A DNA stretch of 24,359 nucleotides from Gemmatimonadota bacterium (GCA_039589315.1 JBDHHQ010000070.1:1-24359); one strand, 5' to 3'; counted from the stretch's first letter, positions 6,656 through 14,584 are shown. Translations and numbers: made by a program. Notes: generated from the letters alone by a model not told the origin.

Positions 6656-9438
6656 TGTCGACCGGCGGGCAAGCTCTCTCGCTGGGGGAACGGCTGTATC
6701 GTCTTTCGTTGCGGGCGTATCCAGCTGACTTCCGGGACGACTGGGGTGACGAGATGCTCGTCACGCTCGAGGCTCGCCTTCTCGAGCTCCGTGCCGCCTT
6801 CGGTCCCGTCCGCATGGCGCGGTTCTGGGCCGCGGAGCTAGCAGCGGTGGTGCGGACGGCCGCACGGCTCAGGCTCCAGGGTGAGCGGAGTGGCGCGAGG
6901 GTCGGGGATTCGAGGGACCGGACGGGAATCGGTTCCAGTGGGGGTGGACCCTCGGGCAGGGGCGGGCCGCATCTGAGGAACAGCCGACACGGGGCGGGGA
7001 GGGTCGAAACGATGGCGCGAGATTTCAGATGGGCATTCCGGACGCTGGCCAAGAGCCCCGGGTCCGGCTTCGTCGTGATTCTGACGCTGGGACTGGCTAT
7101 CGGAGCCAACTCGGCGGTGTTCAGCGTTGTCAACGGCGTGTTGCTCAAGCCTCTGCCGTATCCCGATGGAGGTCGGATCGTCACCTACCTGTATTCGGCC
7201 CCGGGGCTGGATCTGCCGCGTCTGCCCATGACGACGCGTGACTACATGGCCCAAAGGGACCTGGTGCGTGGCGCTGCCGCGTTCGGCGTCCACGACCGAA
7301 CCACCCTCGACCTATCCGGGGCCGGCGATCCGGAGCGGCTTTCTGCGGCGTCCACGTCGGCCGGGGTGTTCGAGGCGCTGGGCGTGGCGCCAGCCCTTGG
7401 GCGCACGATCCGGGCCGAGGACGAGCAGCCGTCGGCGCCCTCCATCGTCGTGCTCAGTCACGCCTTCTGGGAACGTCGCTTCGGTCGGGACCCCGGCGTG
7501 GTGGGCATGACGCTGATCCTGGACGAAGCACCCCGGCAGGTGGTGGGCGTCATGCCCGAACGGTTCCGTTACCCCGATGAAGCCATCGACGTCTGGGTGC
7601 CTCTGACCGCCGACCCCGACGCGCCGCTCGCCCACACGCTGACTGGTGTCGCCCGCCTTGGTCCGGGCGTCGAGGACTCCGACTTCCGGGCTGAGCTCGC
7701 CGCCGCCATCGCCAGCGCTTTCGACGAAGGGATACGCGCTCGCGGCAGATTCGCGCCACTGACCCAGTCGCTGCAGTCCACGGTCGTGGGCGACGTAGGA
7801 CGGGCGCTGTGGTTGCTCCTCGGCACGGTGGGTTTCGTCCTGCTCATCGCGTGCGTCAATGTGGCAAACCTGTTCCTGGTCCGGGTCGAGGGCCGCATGC
7901 AGGATCAGGCGGTCAAGCGCGCCCTGGGGGCCACCCGTTGGGATGTGGCCCGTGCCGGTCTGGCAGAAAGCGCGCTGTTGTGCGCGCTCGGCGGCGCCTT
8001 GGGTCTGGCGTTGGGTAGTGTTGGGCTGCGGCTGATCACGGGCCTGGCGCCAGCAGCGATTCCCCGGGCCTCGGAGATCGGGCTCGACCTGGCCGTGGTC
8101 GTGTTCACCGCTGCGACTGCGGCCGCCGCCGCCATCGTGTTCGGATCCGTTTCCCTGGTGCGGCCAGGGGGCACGGGCGTCCACCGGTTCCTGGTAGAGG
8201 GAGCGGCCGGCGTGACGGGCAGCCGGGCGCGGAACCGCCTGAGAGGCGGGCTCGTGGTCGCACAGGTGGGCCTCGCCATTGTCTTGCTGGTCGGTGCTGG
8301 CCTCATGGTCCGAACGTTCTGGAGCATGCGATCGGTGGACCCGGGCTTCGATCCCAACGGGGTCTTCACCGCTCGCGTGGTCCTGCCCGAGTCCCGCTAC
8401 GGAGCGGAGAGTCAGCCGACCGACTTCTTCCAGCAGCTGATCGCCGATGTCGTCGGCATGCCCGGCGTCATCGCTGCAGGCGCGGCCAACCGCCTTCCCC
8501 TGGGGCCCGAGGGACTCGGCGGCCCGAGGTTCGAGATCGAAGGACGGCCGCTGGATCCGGAGGAACCCGGCGCGCGTACGAACATCAAGATCGTGGCGCC
8601 CGGCTACTTCGAGGCCATGGGCATCGGCCTGGTCGAGGGACGCTACCTCGACGCCGACGACAATCAGGCTCGGACCAATGCCATCGTGGTGAACCGGGCC
8701 TGGGCGGATCTGCAGTGGCCGGGCCAGAGCGCCTTGGGACGGCGGGTGCGCGTGGCCAACCACATGAGCGGGCCCGGCGACTGGCTGACCGTGGTGGGTG
8801 TGTCGGAATCGGTCCGGGACCGCTCCCTGGCGGAACCGCCCGAGGGGCTCGTCTACTTTCCGCTGCGGGGTACCGAGCGAGCCTTCTCCGGTGACCCTCG
8901 GGCCATGACGCTGGTGATTCGCACCGCCGGGAACCCGGCAGCGCTGGCCGACCCCGTCGTCCGTCGCGTTCGCGAGCTCGACCCGAACTTGCCGGTCGCC
9001 GGCCTACAGACGATGCGGCAACTCGTCGACGACTCCATGGCCCGCACCTCGTTCACCATGGTCGTGCTCGGCGTCGCGGCGCTGATGGCCCTGCTGCTGG
9101 GCGCCGTGGGCCTCTACGGGGTGCTGTCGTACGTAGTCACCCGCCGGACTCGCGAGATCGGGGTGCGAATAGCTCTGGGCGCGGGCGCCGGCACCGTCCG
9201 CCTCCACGTCCTCAAGAACGGCATGTTCCTGGCGGCCGTTGGGGTGATCCTCGGGCTCGTCGGAGGCGCAGCCCTGGCCCGGTTCCTGGAGGCCTTCCTC
9301 TACGGCGTGGGCACCCTCGATCCGGCAACGTACGGCGCGGTGGCGGTCCTGCTCTTGAGCGTGGCGCTCGTGGCGACGTGGCTCCCGGCTCGGCGGGCAT
9401 CCAGGGTCGATCCGCTGATCGCGATCCGGGTGGAATAG
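6655..9438 (+). CDS. ABC transporter permease, MacB/FtsX duplicated (ADOP-type orphan permease)
   Basis: The likely start is the ATG at 6655 overlapping the PadR stop (TGATG), not 6097. Prefix LYRLSLRAYPADFRDDWGDEM; LTLGLAIGANSAVFSVVNGVLLKPLPY; LLIACVNVANLFL; VDPGFDP; GLYGVLSYVVTRRTREIGVRIALGA; C-terminal PARRASRVDPLIAIR. No ATPase gene adjacent. Confidence 0.95.
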   Translation: MSTGGQALSLGERLYRLSLRAYPADFRDDWGDEMLVTLEARLLELRAAFGPVRMARFWAAELAAVVRTAARLRLQGERSGARVGDSRDRTGIGSSGGGPSGRGGPHLRNSRHGAGRVETMARDFRWAFRTLAKSPGSGFVVILTLGLAIGANSAVFSVVNGVLLKPLPYPDGGRIVTYLYSAPGLDLPRLPMTTRDYMAQRDLVRGAAAFGVHDRTTLDLSGAGDPERLSAASTSAGVFEALGVAPALGRTIRAEDEQPSAPSIVVLSHAFWERRFGRDPGVVGMTLILDEAPRQVVGVMPERFRYPDEAIDVWVPLTADPDAPLAHTLTGVARLGPGVEDSDFRAELAAAIASAFDEGIRARGRFAPLTQSLQSTVVGDVGRALWLLLGTVGFVLLIACVNVANLFLVRVEGRMQDQAVKRALGATRWDVARAGLAESALLCALGGALGLALGSVGLRLITGLAPAAIPRASEIGLDLAVVVFTAATAAAAAIVFGSVSLVRPGGTGVHRFLVEGAAGVTGSRARNRLRGGLVVAQVGLAIVLLVGAGLMVRTFWSMRSVDPGFDPNGVFTARVVLPESRYGAESQPTDFFQQLIADVVGMPGVIAAGAANRLPLGPEGLGGPRFEIEGRPLDPEEPGARTNIKIVAPGYFEAMGIGLVEGRYLDADDNQARTNAIVVNRAWADLQWPGQSALGRRVRVANHMSGPGDWLTVVGVSESVRDRSLAEPPEGLVYFPLRGTERAFSGDPRAMTLVIRTAGNPAALADPVVRRVRELDPNLPVAGLQTMRQLVDDSMARTSFTMVVLGVAALMALLLGAVGLYGVLSYVVTRRTREIGVRIALGAGAGTVRLHVLKNGMFLAAVGVILGLVGGAALARFLEAFLYGVGTLDPATYGAVAVLLLSVALVATWLPARRASRVDPLIAIRVE

Positions 9439-9444
9439 TCCGGT

Positions 9445-9843
9445 CTACGGCTCGCCGAGGTCTTCGAGCTTCTCCTTGCCCGCGGACCCGGTGATCTCCT
9501 TGCCCCACATGGGCGTGGATCCGTCGAGAAACAGCCCGATCGTCCGACCGGCCCCGGAGACGTGGATCGTCGCCCCGAGGTTCCCACCGAGGTCGGAGAG
9601 GTTGATCATGGCCCCATGATCGACCCCGGCGATCATCAGCCGCTCGTTTTCCCCACCGTCTCTCAGGATGATGACGGCGCCGCCGGGCACCGTGGCGAGC
9701 TCGAGCGTGACCACGTCGTTGTCCCCGACCATGGCGAGGCCCGTCGAGCCTGTCTTGCGGTCCACCGCGAGGACGGCCCGCTCCTTGCCCTTGTGGTCCA
9801 CCAGCACGAAGCGCTGAGCGCGGATCTCCTTGTGTTCGGTCAT
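9445..9843 (-). CDS. Hypothetical protein built from ~21-22-aa beta-hairpin-like repeats
   Basis: Likely start MTEHKEIRAQRFVLVDHKGKERAVL (ATG at 9843, GGAG at 9855-9858). The longer ORF start at 9975 overlaps the upstream gene. Alternating hydrophobic strands with D-x-x-G turns. Confidence 0.75.
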   Translation of the reverse strand: MTEHKEIRAQRFVLVDHKGKERAVLAVDRKTGSTGLAMVGDNDVVTLELATVPGGAVIILRDGGENERLMIAGVDHGAMINLSDLGGNLGATIHVSGAGRTIGLFLDGSTPMWGKEITGSAGKEKLEDLGEP

Positions 9844-9955
9844 TCGTACACCGGCTCCGGTTGGACTGACGTGGTCGAGGGCGATGTCAAGGGGATGCTC
9901 GGGAGCGGCGATGCGAAAGATCGGCCAACCTCCCCGAACGTGGTTCCAGGATTCC

Positions 9956-10948
9956 TCAGAAGATCGGAGCCTCATCCCCGTTCACGACCTCCCACGCGAA
10001 GTTCGCGTAGGTCTCCGCGTTTATGACCTTCAGATTGGACGGCATCGTCCGGATCTTCTCTCCCTGCTTGTTGTGGGCGTGGTCGCCGATGGGCCGAGGA
10101 TGACCGACGAAGTGAGCGAGCTCGTGGATGACCACGAAGGCACGCCGATTGTCCTCGTGGAGCTCGTTGGCAAACCGGACGCACAGGTAGACGGCGTCGG
10201 CCCGGATCTTCTTCCCCTCGACGAAGACGTGCTCCCCCGGGTGGAAGAAGCCACCACCCACCGCGTACGCTTGTACCGCCCGATTCAGCGGGTCCTTGTC
10301 GAAGGTGGCCACGCCCCACAGCCCCCCCGGTCGCTCGAACACCGTCCGCATCTTGGCGTAGGTCCCGCGGATGAGACCGAACATCTCACGCTTGTTGGGG
10401 AATCTGCCGAGGTCGAAGTGCTTGTTGGCGAGCCGCATCCTCTCCGCGCGGTCCAGGATCACGATCTGGAAAGGACCTCCCGGCGCCGGCTCCTCCTTGT
10501 CCAGCACCGCGCCGACCAGATCCAGATGCCTGAGACAGGCGAGAACCCAGGCCTGGGTCAGCCGGACGACCGGGGTCATGTCCGGGAACGAGATGGCACC
10601 GGTGTCTTCGTTGAGCTTGGCGATCGTCCGCTTGCCGGGCTCGACGAGCCCGTCGGCGCCGCTCCAGCCGAAGTGATGGAGCTGATAGCCGTGGATCGCC
10701 TTGATGGTCTTCGAGCCACACTTGCCGTCCTCGACTAGGGGTGGCACCGCCCCGCCCTGATCAGGGGGAACGCGGTTGAGCGCCCGCTGGATCTTGCGCG
10801 TGTCGTCTGGGCGATTCGCACCGCGGTTCCCGACGGAGGCGGATAGCGTGACTCGTTGGCCGCCGCCCGTCCCCGAATCACGCGGGAGCAGGGCCGGCGA
10901 CGTGGCCTGGGTGCAGAAACCGTCGGATTTCCTGGCGATTACGGTCAT
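9956..10948 (-). CDS. Peptidoglycan-binding-like domain fused to an M35/aspzincin-like zinc metallopeptidase domain
   Basis: N-terminal SVG..GAN..DD...IQRALN...EDGKCGSKTIKAIHGYQ...ADGLVEPG..T (PG_binding_1-like). C-terminal VIHELAHF (HEXXH, 10112-10126), a downstream Asp in IGDHAH, and NAETYANF resembling the M35 NAD(S/N)Y motif. No signal peptide. Confidence 0.85.
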   Translation of the reverse strand: MTVIARKSDGFCTQATSPALLPRDSGTGGGQRVTLSASVGNRGANRPDDTRKIQRALNRVPPDQGGAVPPLVEDGKCGSKTIKAIHGYQLHHFGWSGADGLVEPGKRTIAKLNEDTGAISFPDMTPVVRLTQAWVLACLRHLDLVGAVLDKEEPAPGGPFQIVILDRAERMRLANKHFDLGRFPNKREMFGLIRGTYAKMRTVFERPGGLWGVATFDKDPLNRAVQAYAVGGGFFHPGEHVFVEGKKIRADAVYLCVRFANELHEDNRRAFVVIHELAHFVGHPRPIGDHAHNKQGEKIRTMPSNLKVINAETYANFAWEVVNGDEAPIF

Positions 10949-11032
10949 GCTCCGGTCTGTCCGGAGGGATCACTCACGGGGCCTCGCACCCTTCCCGGGG
11001 ATCGATGGGCCTGGACCGGTGGCTCAGCCGTT

Positions 11033-11866
11033 TCACTTGAAAAAGGTGGGCGGCACGTTGGCGAAGCGACGAGCGAGATCCTGGCGGTTGGGGGGGCCTC
11101 CCTTCTTGGTTCTCACGATGGCGAAGAGCATCTCGTCGTTGGCGTTGGGAGGCTGGGGGTCGGCCAGGTGGGCCACGATCTTCGGATCGGTGGGAGGGCC
11201 GGCGATGGGCCTTCCCATGGAAAACCGGGGCGACTGCCTCGACACGATCTGTGCCCCCGAGGCCTTCCACTCCACCTTGAAGTCATAGCGGAGCTCCCAC
11301 GTGAAGTGGGCCATGTGGGTGAATGCGCCAGCGGGGTCCTGTGCGCTGAAGACGGTCGTGAACTTCCGGTGATCCACGACGTGGAAGAGGAAATTCGCCC
11401 TGTCCGTAGTACGATTCCGTACCTTCGGCTCGGCTTTGTTGAGGGGGTGATCGCCAGTCTTGGCCGTCACAAGGGATCCCTGAGGCGTGAATCGCGGCTG
11501 GACGACCGTCCAGGGGAGCTGATTGTCATGGCTATCCAGTGCCAGCTTGCGCGCCATGGCCGGTGGCTCCGCGACCTTGAAGATGACGCTGCCGTGGCTC
11601 GGATGCTTACCGGCGTAGAAGAAGCTGGCGTCCAGAATCTCCTGGAACTGGACGAAGCCGAACTGAAAGAGTCCCAAGGAGTCGCCGGGGCCAACGGACA
11701 CCTGCACCGTCCCGGTCGCGGTCCATGCCCGGCCGACGCTGCCCACCCCGCCGAAGCCCTTGGTGAGATGGCAGATCATTCGCTGGGGCTCGACCTTCAT
11801 ATCGGGGTGCGCGCCCTGGCTGTTGATCGTGACTTGCGCCGTGTTCGCATGGACCACCACAGCCAT
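11033..11866 (-). CDS. Hypothetical beta-rich protein (possible remote FAM78-like fold)
   Basis: 277-aa ORF with ATG, GGGAG RBS about 8 nt upstream and natural globular composition, co-oriented with its neighbours. Motifs FGFVQ, FFYAG, DS....LPW, GDHP, FTTV and HFTW. Confidence 0.8.
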   Translation of the reverse strand: MAVVVHANTAQVTINSQGAHPDMKVEPQRMICHLTKGFGGVGSVGRAWTATGTVQVSVGPGDSLGLFQFGFVQFQEILDASFFYAGKHPSHGSVIFKVAEPPAMARKLALDSHDNQLPWTVVQPRFTPQGSLVTAKTGDHPLNKAEPKVRNRTTDRANFLFHVVDHRKFTTVFSAQDPAGAFTHMAHFTWELRYDFKVEWKASGAQIVSRQSPRFSMGRPIAGPPTDPKIVAHLADPQPPNANDEMLFAIVRTKKGGPPNRQDLARRFANVPPTFFK

Positions 11867-11971
11867 GACCGTGCTCCCGTTTGGGGCTGGAGTATTCGTG
11901 GGGGCACCCGGTCCAGCGGTTGGTAGACGCCACCCTCTTCCACGACGGAGGGAGGCGATTCGTCGACGAGG

Positions 11972-12343
11972 TCATTCTCGCGACTCCCGCGCCGTCGTCA
12001 TCTCCCAGTCGCCATCCTCTCCGACTGCCGCAGCCTCCCGCTCCTGCTGCTCCATGAACTGGTCGAGGAGGCCGAAGGTCTGCCTTCCCGCGAGACCGTC
12101 GACGAAGAGTCCGTGATCCCGCTGAAACCTGGTGACCTCCGACTTCGTTTCGGAGCCGAAGATGCCGTCAGCCGGCCCGTTGCCTCCCGCCGTCGAGCGG
12201 GGAAGCTCTCGGCCCGTGTGCATCAGGGCCTCCTGCAGACGCATCACGCCCTCACCTCGCTCGCCCGAGCTCATCGCGGGACGGTTCTCGGCGGCGGACC
12301 GCGCCCGGATGCTACTGCGGAAGTGCTTGGACCTGAGCGGCAT
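11972..12343 (-). CDS. Small peptidoglycan-binding domain (PG_binding_1-like) protein
   Basis: Start MPLRSKHF (ATG at 12343) with GAGGAG RBS overlapping the upstream stop. GERGEGVMRLQEAL...ADGIFGSETKSEVTRFQRDHGLFVDGLAGRQT is a typical PG_binding_1 pattern. Acidic tail, no signal peptide. Confidence 0.9.
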   Translation of the reverse strand: MPLRSKHFRSSIRARSAAENRPAMSSGERGEGVMRLQEALMHTGRELPRSTAGGNGPADGIFGSETKSEVTRFQRDHGLFVDGLAGRQTFGLLDQFMEQQEREAAAVGEDGDWEMTTARESRE

Positions 12344-12356
12344 GACCGATCTCTCC

Positions 12357-13517
12357 TCAATCCCGGTCCGGCGGATCGCGGTAGCTGCGCACGGGTGGAA
12401 GCTGGGCACCCGTCAAGCCGGTGGGTGCGTCCTCGCTCACCACCGGCATCCGCAGCGTCCCGATACCGTCGATCGTGGCAACGATCTCCTCACCCGGTTG
12501 CAGGAAGCGCTGCTCGCCGCGCACGGCGGTACCCGCGCCCGTGCCCCCGGACGTCCCGTTGTTGATGACGTCGCCAGGGAAGAGGGTGATGATGGACGAG
12601 CCGTACTCGATCAACTCCCAGAGCGTGTGGATCATGTCGCCGGCCGTCGCTTCCTGCATCTGCTCTTCACCGATGCTGAGCGTTTGGCGGAGCTCCTCCA
12701 TCGGGTCGCCGTAGAACTCCTTGGGCACGATCCACGGGCCCATGGGCGCGAACGTATCGTGACCCTTCCCGACGAACCAGTCGGAGCGTAACGGATTACC
12801 ACCCCGCGGTCGCCCTCCGCGGTCGGAGATGTCCAGCGTGACCGTGTAGCCGAAGACGTGGGCCTCCGCGTCGTTGGCGGAGACGTACTTCGCGGTGCGC
12901 CCGATGACGGCGCCGAGCTCGACCTCCCAGTCGATGCGGTCCCGGCCGAAAGGAAGGACGATGGGGTCCCCGTTACCGACGACTGCGCCCCTGCTGGGCT
13001 TCAGGAACAGGTAGGGCACGCCACGGTTCTCGCGACGCTGCCGCCTGGCCTCTGCCCGCTCTTCATCGCTGCCCGACTCGTCGACGTGGCTGTAGAAGTT
13101 GACCGCCGCGTTGAGGATCTTGCCGGGATACATGATCGGCGGGAGCGTTCGCACCTCGTCTACCCGGTGCACGTAAGCGGCACGGCCTCCGTCCAACAGG
13201 TCGTGCTCGACCAGGTGGTTGACCAGCTCGTAGAGGCGATGCTTCAGGCCGTACTCGTATCGCCCGATGAGCTCCAGCATATCGGCCGGTAGGGGCAGCT
13301 TCGGGTAGGCCGGATTCCGCTCCAGTGCCTGGTTGGCCGCCGCGAAGTCGACCACGAGTGCGTCGCGCAGGACGACTCCCACCCTCGACTCGCCCTGGAT
13401 CTCGAAGGTTCCGACCTTGAAGGGCTCGACGACGGCCGGGGGGGAGCCGCTTTGGGCCCAACCGTGAAGAGGTGACAGGAGACCAAGAAGCACGGCAATG
13501 AAGAGGGACTTTCGCAT
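12357..13517 (-). CDS. Fumarylacetoacetate hydrolase (FAH) family protein with an N-terminal signal peptide
   Basis: ATG at 13517 with GAGGAG RBS. MRKSLFIAVLLGLLSPLHGWA-Q. FAH motifs GKILNAAVNFYSH, PYLFLKPS, DWEVELGAVIG, GYTVTLDISDR, GKGHDTFAPMGPWIV and PGDVINNGT. Confidence 0.92.
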   Translation of the reverse strand: MRKSLFIAVLLGLLSPLHGWAQSGSPPAVVEPFKVGTFEIQGESRVGVVLRDALVVDFAAANQALERNPAYPKLPLPADMLELIGRYEYGLKHRLYELVNHLVEHDLLDGGRAAYVHRVDEVRTLPPIMYPGKILNAAVNFYSHVDESGSDEERAEARRQRRENRGVPYLFLKPSRGAVVGNGDPIVLPFGRDRIDWEVELGAVIGRTAKYVSANDAEAHVFGYTVTLDISDRGGRPRGGNPLRSDWFVGKGHDTFAPMGPWIVPKEFYGDPMEELRQTLSIGEEQMQEATAGDMIHTLWELIEYGSSIITLFPGDVINNGTSGGTGAGTAVRGEQRFLQPGEEIVATIDGIGTLRMPVVSEDAPTGLTGAQLPPVRSYRDPPDRD

Positions 13518-13624
13518 GACACTCCTCGCGGGTGCGTTGCGGGTGAGATCGAGAAGTGGAAGGCCAGCCGACGCTTCGGGCAACATGTCTGCGATCGGCG
13601 GCAGCGCACAATAGGCTGACGGCC

Positions 13625-13664
13625 AAAAAGAAGCCCCGTGCCGAGCAGGTCGACGCGGGGCTTC
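13625..13664 (-). terminator. Rho-independent terminator downstream of the DUF2911 gene
   Basis: Minus strand: GAAGCCCCGCGTCGA-CCTGC-TCGGCACGGGGCTTC-TTTTT, a long GC stem (one mismatch, one G-U pair) followed by a U5 tract, 35 nt after the stop at 13700. Confidence 0.85.
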
Positions 13665-13699
13665 GTGGCCCGGCAGGAGCGAGGCAGGCTCCCTCGCGC

Positions 13700-14584
13700 C
13701 TACCGAGCCCGGGGTCCCTCGCCCAGGAAGAAGCCGTTGGCGCTCCTCATGCTAACCGCGATGGCCCGGTCGTCGTCCATCTCGCTGAAGTCGAAGATGA
13801 CGCCCATCTCGATGTTGAAGAGCTCGCCGTCGTGGAAGAGGCCCGGGTTGAAGAGATCTCTGCCCGCAGGCACCATGTCGAAATCCAGCTCGTCTCCGGG
13901 ATGCATGGGAAACGGGAACGTCCCCCGCAGCCTACCGTCCTGTTCGTAGACTTCGAGCACGCCTGACGTCGGCCAGCCTATACCCTCCGTGAGGGCCACC
14001 TCGTATTCACCGATGTACAGCGACCTCTGCTCGGCGGAGAGTGCGACCGGGCGAGAGGGTGGCGCCAGAACCTGCAAGTCCAGTGCGGTGGTTCCCCACT
14101 CCATCCGTAGCGTGGCCGCGTCGCCGGTAACCTCCGGGAACGACCAGGTCAACATCTCGACATGAGGCCCCTCTTGGGGCTCGGCCGAGACGTGGATCTG
14201 CTCGGACGTGGAGTCGGGCTTCATGAAATGGAAGATCCGGGGCTCCGGATTGAGGGTCACGGTGAAGCGCTCCGGCCTGGGGATCGCCCATACCGAGTAC
14301 TTGCCGGCGGGAACCTCGGTGCCGTTGAGCTTCATGTCGGCGTCGACCTCCAGGGTCGTTGCCCAGTTGGCACCCGGGGTCCAGACCACGCCCCAGGGAA
14401 CGAGGCTCCCGAACAACTCTCTGCCGCGGACCTGGGGACGGGAATACTCCAGCGTGATGGTGGTGCCGTCCACCGTCTGCGCGACGATGGCGTGCTCGCT
14501 GGCTTGTATCTGTGCCGCGGCTGGCGTCGGGTGGAGCAACGGAACTGCAAGGGCGAACAGTGCCAAGGTGGCTCTCGGCATCAT
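13700..14584 (-). CDS. Secreted DUF2911-domain protein with an extra C-terminal beta domain
   Basis: Start MMPRATLALFALAV..PAAA-Q (ATG at 14584, GAGGAG RBS at 14592-14597). VAQTVDGTTITLEYSRPQVRGRELFGSLVPWGVVWTPGANWAT..., PAGKYSVWAIP, VEMLTWSF and LRMEWG match the DUF2911 pattern. Confidence 0.88.
   Translation of the reverse strand: MMPRATLALFALAVPLLHPTPAAAQIQASEHAIVAQTVDGTTITLEYSRPQVRGRELFGSLVPWGVVWTPGANWATTLEVDADMKLNGTEVPAGKYSVWAIPRPERFTVTLNPEPRIFHFMKPDSTSEQIHVSAEPQEGPHVEMLTWSFPEVTGDAATLRMEWGTTALDLQVLAPPSRPVALSAEQRSLYIGEYEVALTEGIGWPTSGVLEVYEQDGRLRGTFPFPMHPGDELDFDMVPAGRDLFNPGLFHDGELFNIEMGVIFDFSEMDDDRAIAVSMRSANGFFLGEGPRAR

Noticed and set aside
11928..11957. Hairpin CGCC-A-CCCTC...GAGGG-A-GGCG after the PG-binding gene as a terminator
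   Set aside because: Interrupted stem, large loop and no U-tract; too weak to call in GC-rich DNA.
9445..12343. Prophage remnant or mobile element explanation for the PG-binding cassette
   Set aside because: No integrase, transposase, holin, structural phage gene or flanking direct repeat was seen. Horizontal origin remains possible but cannot be supported from the sequence alone.
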